A stretch of 64,000 nucleotides of DNA. Origin: Azolla caroliniana. Taxonomy: Eukaryota; Plantae; Polypodiophyta. Each line of letters starts with the position of its first letter. Within the stretch, counting starts at the first letter, position 1. Shown here in pieces: positions 50,001-62,931 of this stretch. Both the position numbers and the translations under genes were made by a program. The stretch is taken from NCBI GenBank assembly GCA_043228905.1, contig JBHGNT010000010.1:10168001-10232000 (forward strand), given 5' to 3'. The notes beneath the pieces were generated by a model. That model had not been told where the DNA came from. It saw only the letters and a list, made by a program, of their open reading frames with translations, and did no database searches.

Positions 50001-50081
50001 GACAAACCTTCATTTGATGGGCAAAATTTTTGGAATATTGTTCTCATGACAAGCAATGTTAGCCATCAAAAGGCAACTCTA
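46555..50081 (+). mobile_element. hAT DNA transposon relic (ZNF862/C17orf113-like transposase); termini tentative
   Basis: Possible TIRs cagtgtttcc / ggcaactcta (7 of 10 match). Transposase remnant inside. No clean TSD. Confidence 0.55.
47740..49930 (+). pseudogene. hAT transposase pseudogene
   Basis: RKF..AW..KFPW..MKCTWC (TTF-type zinc finger), LMLDESTD, IDGASSM, HCIAH, WLSRG and STVSCEKWFSKQNLIK..RNRL (dimerisation domain). Confidence 0.88.
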
Positions 50082-50255
50082 CATATACATATATAATCCC
50101 ACACCTTTAAAAATATGTGCATGTACACATGCACATGAACATGATCATACTCGTGCACTTGTATACACAAATATCCAAAACAAATACATGAGTAATTTTT
50201 TACATTTATATAATAGACATACACACACCCTCACACACTCATAATTACATGCAAG

Positions 50256-50704
50256 TAACAGTCGACAACGGTTCGGTTTGAACCGAATCGAACCGTGAAA
50301 CTGCAGCTTAACAGTTTATATAGTTTGTTTTGGTTCTATTCAAGTTCAGGTTTTTTTAAACGGTTCAGTTCAGTTCTAACAGTTAGAAACCGTGGTTTAA
50401 ACTGTTTACATTTTTATTTTATTTTAATTCTAAAAATTTTAATTTTAAACAATCTTTTCATTTTCAAGTCTTATTCTCACATTTTAGGAAAATCTTTAAA
50501 ATTTTCAAAATTTAAAATTTAAAATAATGAAATATTTTCAAATTTGACAATTTTAAACCGAAACTGAACCATGAAACCACGGTTTTAACGGTTTGAAATT
50601 TTTTTTAACGGTTCGGTTTAACGGTTTCATGCTTTAGTTCAAGTTTCAAAAATTTTAAACGGTTCACTGTTGACACTCTCAAATCTAACCGTTGCCGATT
50701 GTTA
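50256..50704. mobile_element. hAT-type MITE, 449 bp
   Basis: TIRs TAACAGTCGACAACGGTT / AACCGTTGCCGATTGTTA. 8-bp TSD CATGCAAG at 50248-50255 and 50705-50712. AACCG subterminal repeats. Confidence 0.92.
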
Positions 50705-52334
50705 CATGCAAGCTTAAAGACTTAAATGCACTTATTAATATGAGAACTATGAGAGTTTAACATAAATACAAGGACAAAAAGCAAGGGAAAATGCAAACTT
50801 AATTGAAATTTTGGATAGATGACACCCACATAAAACCAACAATTAAGAAGAATAACATAATCAACAACTCCATTATCCAATCCGTCTTCCCTGGTTAAGG
50901 TCCTCAATGGTTCTGCCCACATTTCACACACATGCACGTAACTTTACAATATCTTTGGTGAACCCAGTGTGAATGAGTGATAGTTGAAGATGGATGGGAT
51001 ACCAAACAAAGACTTTATCTATGTCGGGCTTAGAGAGATGATCAAAACATATGTGTGCATCTATCATTCTTGCACAATTACCATGCACATAGATCAAAGA
51101 AGACACGTCAGTAGGAATAGAATCACAATTACCTCATGTCACTCTCATGTTTGGACTCTAACTTGAAATCAAAGGTAGAAACAATTGTCGACAGAACATA
51201 ACTCACTATAAGAACTTGGAAGAAGCACAAGCACAAGCACTCATTTAATGTCAACTGTCACATAATCAGTGGCCTATTACATAATCAAATAAAAACTCGT
51301 TGAATGACCCACACAAGTCAGCAGACATCATCAAAACTTATGGCATCAACCCTAGGAGGGTTGATAACATTTACGATCAGAGCTGATTTAAACAATTCAA
51401 CCTACAATGTTTCATATGCATCTAGATGCCCTCAATCCAAGTGGATGCCATGTCACTTTGAGTGAATGACATCTCATTTGGTACACATGCTCTCACTCCT
51501 AGTAGATGTTTTCATGATGGGTGTTGTTCACTTTGGGTGGATACTCTCATTTTTGGTTTATCCTTTCTATTGAAATGTAAAGTTCAATTGCACATACCTT
51601 GAACGTATGCATACACACCTTACAACATGTGTGTAGTAACATTTTACCATTGACTTGATGAATGACAATTGTCAATGCATTATAGAAGTGGATATATTAG
51701 ACATTCCTCAAGGCTCAAACGCTCCAACACCATTACTTTGATCTAATTTCTATTTGTATTCCTATATAAACCAATGATGTACAAGTTGATTATCGTTTAT
51801 CCCTTTTATATCTTACTTAATCTACTTAGCTACATTATATTCAGCAACATAGACTCTCTGTTGCTCCACTGTTGTTCATGATGCCATGGTTAAAGACTCA
51901 ATATGTCACATTGAAGAGGTTAATTTGACACTTTTGTAGTTAATCTATGAAACACCAATGACATAGGACAAAGAGAAAAAGAAATCACCACATATATCAT
52001 GAATATGTGAAAGGTTGCAAACTCAATTCCTAGAGAGAAGTTAGAAGAAAAAGATATAATAATTATTTCTCATACAAGGCTATTGAAGTTACATCTAAGG
52101 CAATGTTGACAATATGCCTAATGAAGTGCATTTAAGCTATGGACAATCAAATGGTATGCCTTCTTTAGGACCTCAACTATAGACAACCAAATGCTTTACT
52201 CCCACTTTAATGAAGGCCATGATCAAGGAAGCTTGAATGTCAGTCGGAGTCATGGATAAAGAAAAAGATCGGTCAATGTGATTACCATTTGAATATTAAA
52301 CAATGGAGAATGCATAGAAAGTTGCTAGGGACTT

Positions 52335-52590
52335 TCAATAATGTTGGTATTGTCACAAAAGAGGTGTGGGGTGGGGGGGGGTTGGTATTGTCACAATCCA
52401 GTTTGGTATTGTCACATGATGTTGGTATTGGCACCATGAAAAACAACACATGATGTTGGTATTGTCACAATCCAGTTTGGTTCGGTTCGATCCAGGTTTG
52501 AGAACCCCCAAACCAGTTTAGGCTTAAAACCAGTTTGGCCTTTTCCGAACCAAACCGGTTAAGCCTAAACCGAACCATTGTTGATTCCTA
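52335..52590. repeat. Short TTGGTATTGTCAC repeats followed by an AAACC(A/G)G-rich hAT-MITE end remnant
   Basis: The motif repeats across 52343-52470, and the block ends in GATTCCTA. Confidence 0.5.
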
Positions 52591-54431
52591 GTATTGTGGA
52601 AAAATCAGCCACATTGAGGTAGGTTGTCTCTAGTACAAGAGTGTGATGTGGCCAACAACTAGATCCGCCTACATTGCATTAACAAAGGGGAAGTACATGC
52701 ATGTAAAACACTAACATTGGCTACATAGATAAGAGATACCTTTGCATTAAATAGATATAGTAGAGATACCTTTCTCCCCCTTCCATTTAATAATTGGCTC
52801 CTAATTCATCTGCCAATATTACTTTAGCAATGACTTTTTTGCTATCTTTGTTAGTTATATCATATATATATATATGAGTCTGATGTCACAAACACAATCA
52901 AGCATAACTTCAAGGTTTGACCTGCGATAATCACGAGCATTGTTTTTACTTATATCGGTATCAACAATCGGCTTTTTGTTTTAAGTATAGAAGAATCAAC
53001 TTTAAAGATTGGATGGGAACTTCAGCTTGGGGGCCATTTAGGGATGTAGACAGACATGAAGGTTCCATGATCTTGTTTCCTGCACAAATATCCACATCTA
53101 GAGGGTAGTGCAGCTTTGATAAAGTACATTTTACAATCTAGCAAGATTGAGAGTGAATTGGGCTAGTAGTAGTAAAGACTTTGGGTTTACCACTAGGGTT
53201 AAAAAGGTCTCACCTAAAAAAGAATAAAGTTAATGTGGTTTTAGCATAGCACAGTGGGTGCCTTGCATTGGTGAAGAGTCCAAAAAAGAAAGAGGCTTCT
53301 CTGAAGTCATGGGTAACTCGTGTGATGGCCAAGATGTGTAGATGAAATTACTTCTGAGTCCTCCTTGGATCTCATGAAGTGTAGAGGCGCTGAAGGTTCT
53401 GGATACCTAAATATGCAGTGTGCAATTGCTATTAGTATTCTGAAGCTTTGAGTTTGAATCGATCCCAAGGATTCAATCAAGAAGGTTCTAGAAGATCCCA
53501 AGGATTCGATCAAGAAGTGAAGTATGGGCGATCGAAGGTTCTGGATACCTAATGCCATTGCCATTGCCATTTGCTATTGCAGTCGATCGATCCAAGAATA
53601 TACACATCACATGAATGGTGGGTATGGAGATCAAAAGCTGAGACCAGATATGGTCTCAGCTCATTCCAGTTCTTGGATCGAAATCAAATCGAAGAAGAAA
53701 AAGACACATTACTTGAATTGAGGATCTCCAGGAATTATAACAAAAAAACACAAGAGAGAGTGAGTGAGAGACCTGTTACTGGTATTGAAAGAAGGCAAGG
53801 TTTATTTTGACTAGTATTATATTTTTTCGACAGCAAATACCCAAAGACATTGAAACAACATGGAAAGAGATTTAAGAATATTGAATGTAGTTAGACAAAA
53901 AAAAAACAAAAACAGAAGGAAATTGGGAGAACAAATGGTGTGTGTCTGTGTAGATATGGATGGAGATCTGATGCCTTGAGAGACAGGGAAGAGAAGAGAA
54001 GGCCTCTCTAACTCGAGATCACCATGGATGGGAAGCTCCAATCGAATCAGACATGGTTTCTGATCAGAGAAGTATGGCGTAGCTGCCTCCCTCCCCTCCG
54101 TAGCTAATGTCTAACTCCTCTCAGTCATTCGCAAGCTTCCATGGTAGCAATATGGAAAATAAACAAAATAAGAAAATGTTTCTTGGGGAGAGATCAAAAG
54201 CCTGCCATTTGAATGTTGTGCGGTGAGTACCTGCAGAAGCCATGAACCACCACAATTTTGGTTAGTTAGGGTTACACAGAAAGAAAGTGGAGGCATGCAC
54301 AAGATCTAAGCTCTCCCCCTCTCCTCTTTCCATGAATCTGCGTTTTGGATCCATGGGGGAGGGAGGGAGCTTAAAACATGAAATGCAGGAACTCGATGTA
54401 GGTGAGCAAACCATGAGAGATGGAAGAGAAC

Positions 54432-55076
54432 TCACATGTCGTTGCTAATCAGGCGTCCTCTGCTACGCTTGATGTTGTCGCTTCGTTTCTTGAGCACGAT
54501 GGCGATCAAGATGACAGAGAAAATCCCGAGGATGGATCCAATGGCGATGCCAAACTTCTGAGAGACGGTGAGGCCAGATGATGATGATGATGATGATGGA
54601 GGAGGAGGAGATGACTTGGAATGAGACGCAAAGTTGCTAGAGTTCAAATCATCAGAGGACGGTGGAGTTCGGAGACGATCTGCAGGAGATGGAGAAGGTG
54701 AAGGCGGAGGGCTGGGAGGTGAGTCGAAGTGGGCCGAAGGGGAAGAAGAAGGAGCTGGTGAGGCAGGTGAAGGTGAAGGTGAAGGTGAAGGTGCAGAAGT
54801 GGGAGTAGTAGTAGGGGTAGATGCGGAAGTGGGTGCAGAGTCAGTAGGGCTTGAGCTTCTAGGGGTGGGAGAGGGAGAGAATGCAGGGGATGATGAAGAT
54901 GAAGATGGCGATGGCGATGGCGATGGCGATGGGGGCAGCAGAGGTGAATCTGGTGGCGATGGGGAGATGGAGGGGGAAGGTGATTGACAGAGCGAGGGAG
55001 TAGGAAGCAGGAGGAGGAGGAGGAGGAGGAGGAGGAGGAGGAAGGAAGGAGATGGAGAGGTAGAGGCTGCCGCCAT
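54432..55076 (-). CDS. Ser/Pro-rich single-pass membrane HRGP/AGP, APAP1 (AGP57C, At3g45230)-like
   Basis: Leu-rich signal peptide, SP-repeat ectodomain, TM segment KFGIAIGSILGIFSVILIAIVL and tail KKRSDNIKRSR (compare the family motif KKRQENIRRSR, recalled from memory). Intronless, with a CT-rich 5' leader. Confidence 0.85.
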   Translation of the reverse strand: MAAASTSPSPSFLLLLLLLLLLLLPTPSLCQSPSPSISPSPPDSPLLPPSPSPSPSPSSSSSSPAFSPSPTPRSSSPTDSAPTSASTPTTTPTSAPSPSPSPSPASPAPSSSPSAHFDSPPSPPPSPSPSPADRLRTPPSSDDLNSSNFASHSKSSPPPPSSSSSSSGLTVSQKFGIAIGSILGIFSVILIAIVLKKRSDNIKRSRGRLISNDM

Positions 55077-55196
55077 GGCTGCTTTTGAAGAGAGAGAGAG
55101 AGAAATGGAGGAGGAGCAGAGCCACTACCACGTCTCTGTCTGATTCAGGAGCAGGAGCAGAGAGTGATCTCTCTATTTCTTAAATCCACACAGGAG

Positions 55197-55489
55197 AGAG
55201 AGAGAGAGTTACGAAGGGAAGGTGGGGACAGTCCAGATTCGGGAACGGTTCGGTTTCGACTTAACCGGTTTGGAGAGAGAGAGAGAGAGAGAGAATTATG
55301 ACGGAATGGTGGGGACAGTCCAGAATTGGGAATGTTACGGTTTCGACTTAATCGGTTTGGCCTTCTCCAAACCAAACCGGTAGAGCCTTTACCGGTTTGG
55401 GAGTTTCCAAACTTAAAACCAAACCGGTTCCTAAACCCATTAAGGCTTTACACCAGTTTGGGCTTCAACTGAGCGATTGAAGACTCCTA
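55197..55489. mobile_element. hAT-MITE-like end remnant with an ~85-bp tandem duplication, directly upstream of the gene
   Basis: Two copies of ggtggggacagtccaga..cggtttcgacttaa.cggtttgg, AAACCGG repeats, and an end in GACTCCTA. Confidence 0.55.
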
Positions 55490-55528
55490 GTGGGGAGGAG
55501 CCTCCGCCTCCTTCACAAGAAGACACTC

Positions 55529-55534
55529 TTTCTT

Positions 55535-55564
<30 letters not shown>
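55529..55564. repeat. (CTT)n microsatellite
   Basis: Directly visible in the sequence. Confidence 0.95.
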
Positions 55565-55565
<1 letters not shown>

Positions 55566-55649
55566 GTACTCTCTCAAACAAACATGGAGACTAGCTCCAT
55601 ATGCCCCCATGTCACCAACACATACTCTCTCTGTCTCTTTGTCTCTCTC

Positions 55650-55907
55650 ATATAGCTAATGGTGAGCTCAACTACTCCTAAATTATATAGCATTATTATG
55701 GAGCAAAAGATAAGCACATGGGCTGAAAGTACAAGCAAAAGAGCACTTGGGCAAGCAAGATTTAGACCAAAACTCCATTGTGGATCATTTGGTCATATTT
55801 AGACTAATCATGGAAGAGAATCGACTACAAGGAAAAACACTTTATCGTTGTTTTGTTGATTTCAAGAAAGCTTTGGATTCCGTACCACGAAGTGAGCTTT
55901 GGACATA
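55650..55907 (+). pseudogene. LINE RT fragment
   Basis: KLYSIIMEQKISTWAE...GQARFR...VDHL...CFVDFKKALDSVPRSELW, preceded by a CT-rich tract. Confidence 0.85.
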
Positions 55908-57246
55908 GTCAGTAACCGACATGTCTAGTTGCTAGATGTTGAGCTCTTGCCGGAGGTGCAACTTCCGGGCCATGGTGCTTGCCATGAAGATCTTCTTCAA
56001 ATTTTCCCAAGCTTCTTTCTGTGTTTTTGCATCCTTGATGTAGTCGAGCATATGATCATGCACACATGTCGTGAGGTAGTACAACACCTTGCTCACTCCT
56101 TGTTCCCATGCCGGGAAGTCCTTGTGTGCCGGCTTCGGCGCTACTTCATTCGCTCCCTCGACATAGCTCTAGTATCCGTGTCCGAGCAGGTACTGGTGCA
56201 TCTTGTATGACCAAGATGCGTGGTTATTTCTGTCAAGACTCTCCGTCTGAAGCGAGCGTCATTCCTCTGTCCATTCTTTCCTTTTGTTAAGTAATTAGGT
56301 AATTAACTAAGGCTAATTAGAGACTAATTATATGGTTACGTTAAGCAGTGGAAGATTAGTATGATATGCACGTGAGAGTGTGTGAGAGGAAGAGAGAGAG
56401 AGAGAGGAAGTTACACTTATGAGCACAAAGATAAATGGGGGATGATTGACTATATTGAAAAATGTCATCAACATACAAAAATACCCACAATGAGGTATAT
56501 ATACAACCCATGTGCAAAGGTGCACATGTGTGGGTAGAACATAGGTACTTATGTGTAAGTCCTACATTAAATGTACTAAGGAGTGGAGGATCTAGAATAT
56601 CCCACTTAAGTACAAGGTCCTATATAAAGGCTTAAGGTCAACACATTAACTAGATTCGATCTAGGTAACTACTAAGTTACATGTGTTGACTAACTAGATT
56701 AAACTAGTTGAGCTTGATATCTCAACACCTTTGTCTATTCTTATCAGGTATTAGGGTTTGTTTGTCAAGGTCGCTTGTCGGCAATAGAGGTTCTCAACCC
56801 TCACACTTTGGTACCATGTAAAAGTGAATGTGTAGAAGCTTGTAGACACAAGTGGCTCAGCCTGATAGCAATAGAAAACAAAAGGAAGGTTTAATGGAAT
56901 GCTATACAGAGAGAGTACGCGGGAGAGACAGAGAGAGCAGAACACCAAAAAACTCAATTCCAAAATATCACTCTACACTCTGTACATACAAATGTGCTTA
57001 ACAACACTATTTATACAAGTCCTTAAAGGACTTACTAAAGCACTGACAAGTACTTTAATGCTCGTATTGAGCATCAGACACAGACTCCCAAAAATATGCC
57101 TATGTACTAGGCTAGGGTCGTAGGCCTCTAACGGTCTATCAGTTACAATCCAATCCGGCTCTCCGATCCGGATACCGATTTGGAGACCAATCCGGTTCTC
57201 CATTCCGGATACCGATCCAGATCATGTTGAGCTTGTCCTCTCAATA
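55908..57246 (-). mobile_element. Copia F (Copia B family): 5' LTR 56817-57246, PBS and gag start, truncated
   Basis: SWSYKMHQYLLGHGY. PBS-like actttggtacca at 56805-56816. Confidence 0.85.
56285..56727 (-). mobile_element. Solo Copia LTR
   Basis: TGTTAAG...CTCAACA with TSD CCTTT on both sides. Confidence 0.85.
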
Positions 57247-59666
57247 GGTTTCTTTCCATTAAGCTCTCTCTCCTTATTAGTTGAAGGAGAGTCTCTATCC
57301 GATAGTCGAATCAACATCGGTAGTGGAGTCGATGCCGGGTTCGCATTCTCCATGTTGAAGCGCTTTAGCACCTTACAAATATAGTCGGACTGGGAGAATC
57401 AAAGAGTCTTTGTTGTCTGATTTAACTCTATCCTCATGCCCAGTATGTGTTGGGCTTGTCCGAGTTCCTTCATTGCAAATTTGTCGTGAAGACTCCGCTT
57501 TAGGTTTACGATTTCGGCTTGATTGCTCCATGCAATCATAATGTCGTCGACATATAGGATCAGATAGATCTAGGACTCGTTGGCCAGTTGCTGAGTATAT
57601 AGACATGTGTCATAGTCGTACCAACTGTATCCAAGCCGTCAAACTTTTGGTACCACATCATCGATGCTAGTTTTGAGCCGTAGAGGCTTTTCTTCAATCG
57701 ACATACGAGGTGACCTTCCTCCCCTGTCGCCATGAAGTGTGCCGGTTGAGACATGTAAATGTCTCCCTCCAAGTCTCCGTGTAGGAATGGCGTCTTAACA
57801 TTTAGTTGTTCAAGCTCTAGGTCCTCTATCGCCACGATCCCAAGTAGGACCTGAATGGTGGTCATCTTGACTACTAGACAAAATATCTCATCGTAGTTGA
57901 CTCCGTGTTCTTGTTTGAATCCCTTCGCGACGAGCCGAGCTTTGTATTTGGGCTTCTCTGAGTCGAATACATATTTGTATTTGAAGATCCATTTGCATGG
58001 CAATGACTTCCTTCCAGTTGGTAGTTTGACCAATTGCCATGTGTTGTTCCTTTTGATTGAGTCCATCTCGGATTGCATGGCTTGTAGCCATGCGTCGGCA
58101 TCTAATGTGGCTCTAGCTTCTTCATATGTGCTTGGTTCGCCTACATCGGTGTAGTTGACGTAGTTCAGGCCTGGTTGATAGAACTCTGACGGCCTTTGGA
58201 CTCGTCCGGATTTATGAGTCCTTCAGGATGACTCGCCCTGTAATAGGATTTTGGTGAGGTCACGTCAGCCTCCCCTTCTTTGGGATTGATTGACCGAGTA
58301 GTCGGAGACTTAGCCGACTAGAGTCGGTTTTTCAGTTCCTTAGCCTTTTTGGGTGTATTGGTCGAATCAACTCTATCATTTTCGACTCGCACCTTGTTGG
58401 TTGCGTCATCTCGGGTCAATCTCTTAGTCGAATCAATGTCGACTATTGGACCTCTTGCCGATTCGGAGTCGACAGGGGAATTATCGGCTTGGTTGATTTT
58501 GACTATTTGTCGAATCGCCAATTCGGCCCGGTGGCTTGGTCTTTCTACAACTTTTCCATGGTTTTCAAAAGAGACATTTTTGTCCACTATTTTCTGTTGG
58601 TTCCACTTAGAGAGAATAGAGTCTTCATTGAAGTCTACATCATTGCTCCAGAACAACTTCCGGTTCTTTGGGTCCCATAGTCGGTATCCGAACTCCCCAT
58701 CGATTTCATAACCGAGAAATATGCATTTTGTCACATGGGGTGCCAACTTGGTCCTTTTCTCCCTAGTGATGAATGCATAGACTTCGGATCCGAAGATACA
58801 AAGCTTGTTGTAGGTCGGTTGTTTTCCTGACCTTAGTGCTTGTGGCACTTCGAGCCTTATTGCTTTCACCAGTGATAGATTGATTAGATAAATTGCCATC
58901 TGAAATGCTTCGGCCTAGAACTCTAGCTTTAGTCCCGACTTGTTGGAGCATTGCCGCCACCCTCTCCTGGATTGTTCGGTTGATTCGTTCTGCCACTCCA
59001 TTCTACATGGGTGTCTAAGGAACGATCTTTTGATGCTGGATCCCTTTGTTGGACAAGTATTGCTTGAAGGCTCTGGAAGTGTACTCACCTCCGTTGTCGG
59101 ATCAGAGTGTCTTCACTTTGTATCCTGATCGGTTCTCCACTTCAGTTAACCACCGAGTGAAGACCTCGAGTGCTTCGTCTTTGGACCTAATTGAATAGGC
59201 CCAGGCTTTCAATGTACAATCATCAAAAAAGGTGATGAAGTACCAGGAGCCTCTTAGTGATCTTTCGGGCATTGGCCCACATATGTCTGTATGGATCAAC
59301 TCTAGGGGTTGTCGTATCGTCTCATAATGGGGAGAGTGCGGACTTCGGGTCTATTTCCCGTATTGACAATGTTCACAAAAGTCCGTCTTTGCTTGGAGTT
59401 TCGGAATATACCTGTCCGTCATCAGCCGATCGAGTCCAACTTGCGACATATGGCCGAGTTGGCCATGCCATATGTTCTGATCGGTTGATTGGGCTATGTT
59501 CACAGCCCCTTCAGGATTGATCGCCATTATTGGATACAAGTTGTTGTACTTGTGTCCGTTTCCGATCTTCAGATTTCCTCAGCTAATCATCCATGTTGAC
59601 TCATTGAGAGTCGTTGGGTACCCGTCTTCGGCTAACATGCCAAACTCCTTTTTAGTGCGGGTACGT

Positions 59667-60741
59667 TGTCGTGGCGTGGCTCACTGAGAAGCGTAGCGTT
59701 GTGCAAACAAAGGATAACGTGAAAGTGAGGAAGGATTCACTGAGATTATGGACGGAAGAGACGAAAGAGTAGAGATGGAGTGAATAGAGATCAATAAGAT
59801 ATGACAAAATAGGATTTTTAAGGAATATAAGATAAGACAAGATAAGATATAAAATAATATATGAGAAAGTGTATAAAATTTATAATCATTTTCATGAAAG
59901 AGTTACAAAATGATTGTGCACGTTGTTGAACCTCCGAACTTTGTCTTGCAAGGTAATCGCTCTTCTCTTTCTTGATCGTAGACCACTACAATCTTCACTT
60001 CAATATTTTGATGAAGATAAGGCTCAAACCGCCTCCCTCTTGTTGAGAGTTGACCACCAAGTTAGAGCTCTACGTTTATGTTAAACTTCTTCCCTTCTTT
60101 CTCTATTTTTATGGTATCTCTTATGTAATACATAATTTGATTGATATCTCATACATATCTCCCTTTGATCTTCTCTTTCACCCTTTAAATAGGTGCCCCC
60201 ATGCATATGATGCATTGGAGGGTACAAGACATGCATGTGATGCATGATAAACATCTCACTCATTTGAGCTTTTATGTATGAAACAATATATGCAATAACA
60301 ATAAACATGAAAATATAATTTTAAAGAGAAAGCACCTAGCCTAATAGTAGGTGTGTTGACTTTGGTGTATGAGGTTGTGGGTTTGAGTCTCAAAATACTA
60401 TTGAATACAACTTTATTTTTATATCATGAAGCAAATCCTTTATGTAATAAATTATATATAAAGTATGCTTTATTTTATATATATTACTAGTATAGAGTAA
60501 ATGGTAAGATTTGAGAGTCATAGGGTGGGGTTATTGGTTCAAGTCCTCTCTTGTTCATGTAATATAATATATCTATCTATTTATATATATATTATTTGCC
60601 TCTACATATAATATATAATATTATCATAGTGTGTTGTTAATATTATCTTTATATATAAAACATTATCAAGATTTATTTTATTTTAGTTACGTATTTATCT
60701 TATTATAGACTTTTAATGTGAAGCTTTCGTACTTCACGACA
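59667..60741 (-). mobile_element. Solo LTR 4 (TGTCGTG...CACGACA) with 4-bp TSD ACGT
   Basis: Removing it restores Copia G HVPALKRSL. Internal homology to 10357-10515. Confidence 0.85.
60332..60556 (+). promoter_or_regulatory. Two tRNA-like A/B-box modules within solo LTR 4
   Basis: tagcctaatagt...ggtttgagtc and tagagtaaatggt...ggttcaagtcc, each with ~43-nt box spacing. Confidence 0.5.
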
Positions 60742-62452
60742 ACGTGCTAGACTTGGTGCAGGACTATCGTGTTGCCATTTGACAATTAAATTGGTACTTA
60801 GCCAATTCCTGTTATTCTGCCTAGTTGGACTATGCTGTTGGCGTCGACTAAATAGTTCGAAAACCATTCGATGTTCGAGGTTACAGGAATGTGGCACAAG
60901 AATCCAACAACCATGTATGTGTGTCTTGCGCATTGTAGAGGACTTCTCCGATCATCGAGTCCTCTAAGGAGAGGATTTCTCTCGGTTGGGTGTCGACAAC
61001 ATTGATTTTATTGCCGATTGGAGAGTGGTTCGAGTTGGATCGTCCTCGATTCCGCTCGGATCGCATACCACGCTCTTTCCTCTTGATTGATCAATAGTCA
61101 AAAACATTATGACCGGCTTTTCTGCAATGGGTGTAGAATTCGCCCGACTGATTCGTTCTCGACTTATGACCGTTGTCGATCTCCCTTCATTCTCGATCGA
61201 CTATGATTTCAACCGGTTCTGTTGATTCTCGATCGACTATCAGCTTGTTCTCTTGATCGACTGGTTCGGTCAATCGACTCGGTCAAGGGGTGAGCTTCAA
61301 CAGACTCGTCGATGGTGAGTCCCATCGATTTTCACCGAATGTCCTCGGTGAGGACTTGTCCTATTGTTTCATCTAAGTTTAGATTTGGACAACTATTGGT
61401 GAATGTCATGTAGAATACCTCCCAACTAGCCGACAAGCTCGATAGGAGGGCTAGGGCTTTCAATTCTTCTTCGAAGTTGATCCCTTGGGAGGAGAGTTCA
61501 AATAACACTTGGCTGAAGGTGTTGATGTGGGAGGTTGCCAGATTGGTCTCTCTCATCTTCATGTTGAATAGTTCCCAGATCAATATTTGTTTTGAAGATG
61601 AGGACTTTTTCTCATACACGGCTTGTAATTTCTCCCACAATGAGAACGATGTTGTTTCTTTTGCCATGCTAAAATAGACGTTTTCAGCCAGATGCATACG
61701 AATGGTCGACCTAGCTATTTTGTCCAGTGAGAACCACTCTTCTGTGTCATCGAGGTAGGCTTGTTGGTGTGCCATATTTCCCCCATTTGACGTCAGATGA
61801 TAAGTACATCCTGCATCATCTCCTTCCATAGGGAAATTTTTTTGCCATCGAACTTTCGGATCTCAACTCCTATACCAGATGTTGAAGCCATATTCCTTTT
61901 GGAAGTAAGATTTAACTGACCTAGTCTTTTCTTTCAGCTATGGAGTTTCCTCTTCTTGACTTTTCTGCTATTTGTCGCCGAATAATAGGTCGCCTTGATA
62001 CCAATTGATAGTTTTGGTGTTCAAATGTGTGGAAGTATGTATGAGGGCCTATCAAACTATGCTCAACAAACAACACAGAAAGAATGAAGGCAAGAAGATG
62101 GACACACTCTTAAGCTTTAATGGAAGCTCTGTTATTTCGTTCTCTCTTTGTAACTCTACACTCAGAGATTCAAGAAGATTATCGTTACAATGTTAGGTTA
62201 GAGCTTATATACTAAGGCCTAACTATTTGGACGTGTTCACACTAAGATACAAAATGGAAGGAGTCATCCTTTTATGCCAACACATAGCTCCAATAATTGT
62301 GCCCAAGTAGGTAGCAGGACCAAGATGTGTAGTTGCTCCGATTGAGCTTTTCGGTTGGAAGGGAGCTTGCCATGCTTCTGTCCATTTTCTTCTTCAAGTA
62401 TGTTCTTACCGAGGTCTAGGCTTTGTCTATGTTATGACTGTTGTCGATAACA

Positions 62453-62931
62453 AAGAATTCTCAACCCTCCTTTAATACAATGTGAAGATTAACGTGCGGA
62501 AACTAAAATAGACACAACTGGCTCAACTGGATAGCAACAGAAACAAAATAGAGAATCAATGGAGAACACACAGAGATTATAAAGTACTTGGGAGAGGCAG
62601 AGAGAGTAGAACATAGAAAACTTGATTTCAAAATAACACTCTGTACAGTCAAATGTGCTCAGAGAGCAGTTTTTATACAAGTCCATAAAGGACTGACTAA
62701 AGTACAGACAAATACTTAAATGCTCATAACTGCACAACTGACACTGACTCCTAGGAATATAACTTCCTAGTAATCTAGGATTGTAGGCCTCTAACGGCCT
62801 ATTGGGTCTGTATGGATCTGCTCATCGATCCGGCTCTAGATCCGATCAGGGCCTAGTCGATCGGTCTTCACCCGATTCGGCTCTCGGCTTGTTCAGCCGT
62901 TCTAGCCCACGTTGAGCTTGCTCGCTCAACA
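62453..62931 (-). mobile_element. 5' LTR (62481-62931) and decayed PBS of another Copia B-family element
   Basis: TGTGAA...GCTCAACA, homologous to the reverse complement of 3110-3544. Leader ttctcaaccctc. Confidence 0.8.

Larger units (their letters stand above)
57247..62452 (-). mobile_element. Copia G, decayed and 3'-truncated; 5' LTR at 62006-62452
   Basis: Gag (61332), PR WLLDSCATF, INT (59102, 58318) and RT (57560). PBS complement at 61992-62003. Confidence 0.88.

Noticed and set aside
51940-52330. Possible highly decayed gag-like sequence
   Set aside because: Too degenerate to support; no diagnostic motif.
54634-54987. Gly/Glu-rich plus-strand ORF
   Set aside because: It is the antisense shadow of the Ser/Pro-rich gene.
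52470-55489. Pack-hAT element capturing the host gene
   Set aside because: The two MITE-like ends are in the same orientation and no shared 8-bp TSD was found.
60332-60556. Functional tRNA genes
   Set aside because: Only A/B-box-like motifs are present; acceptor and anticodon stems do not pair convincingly.
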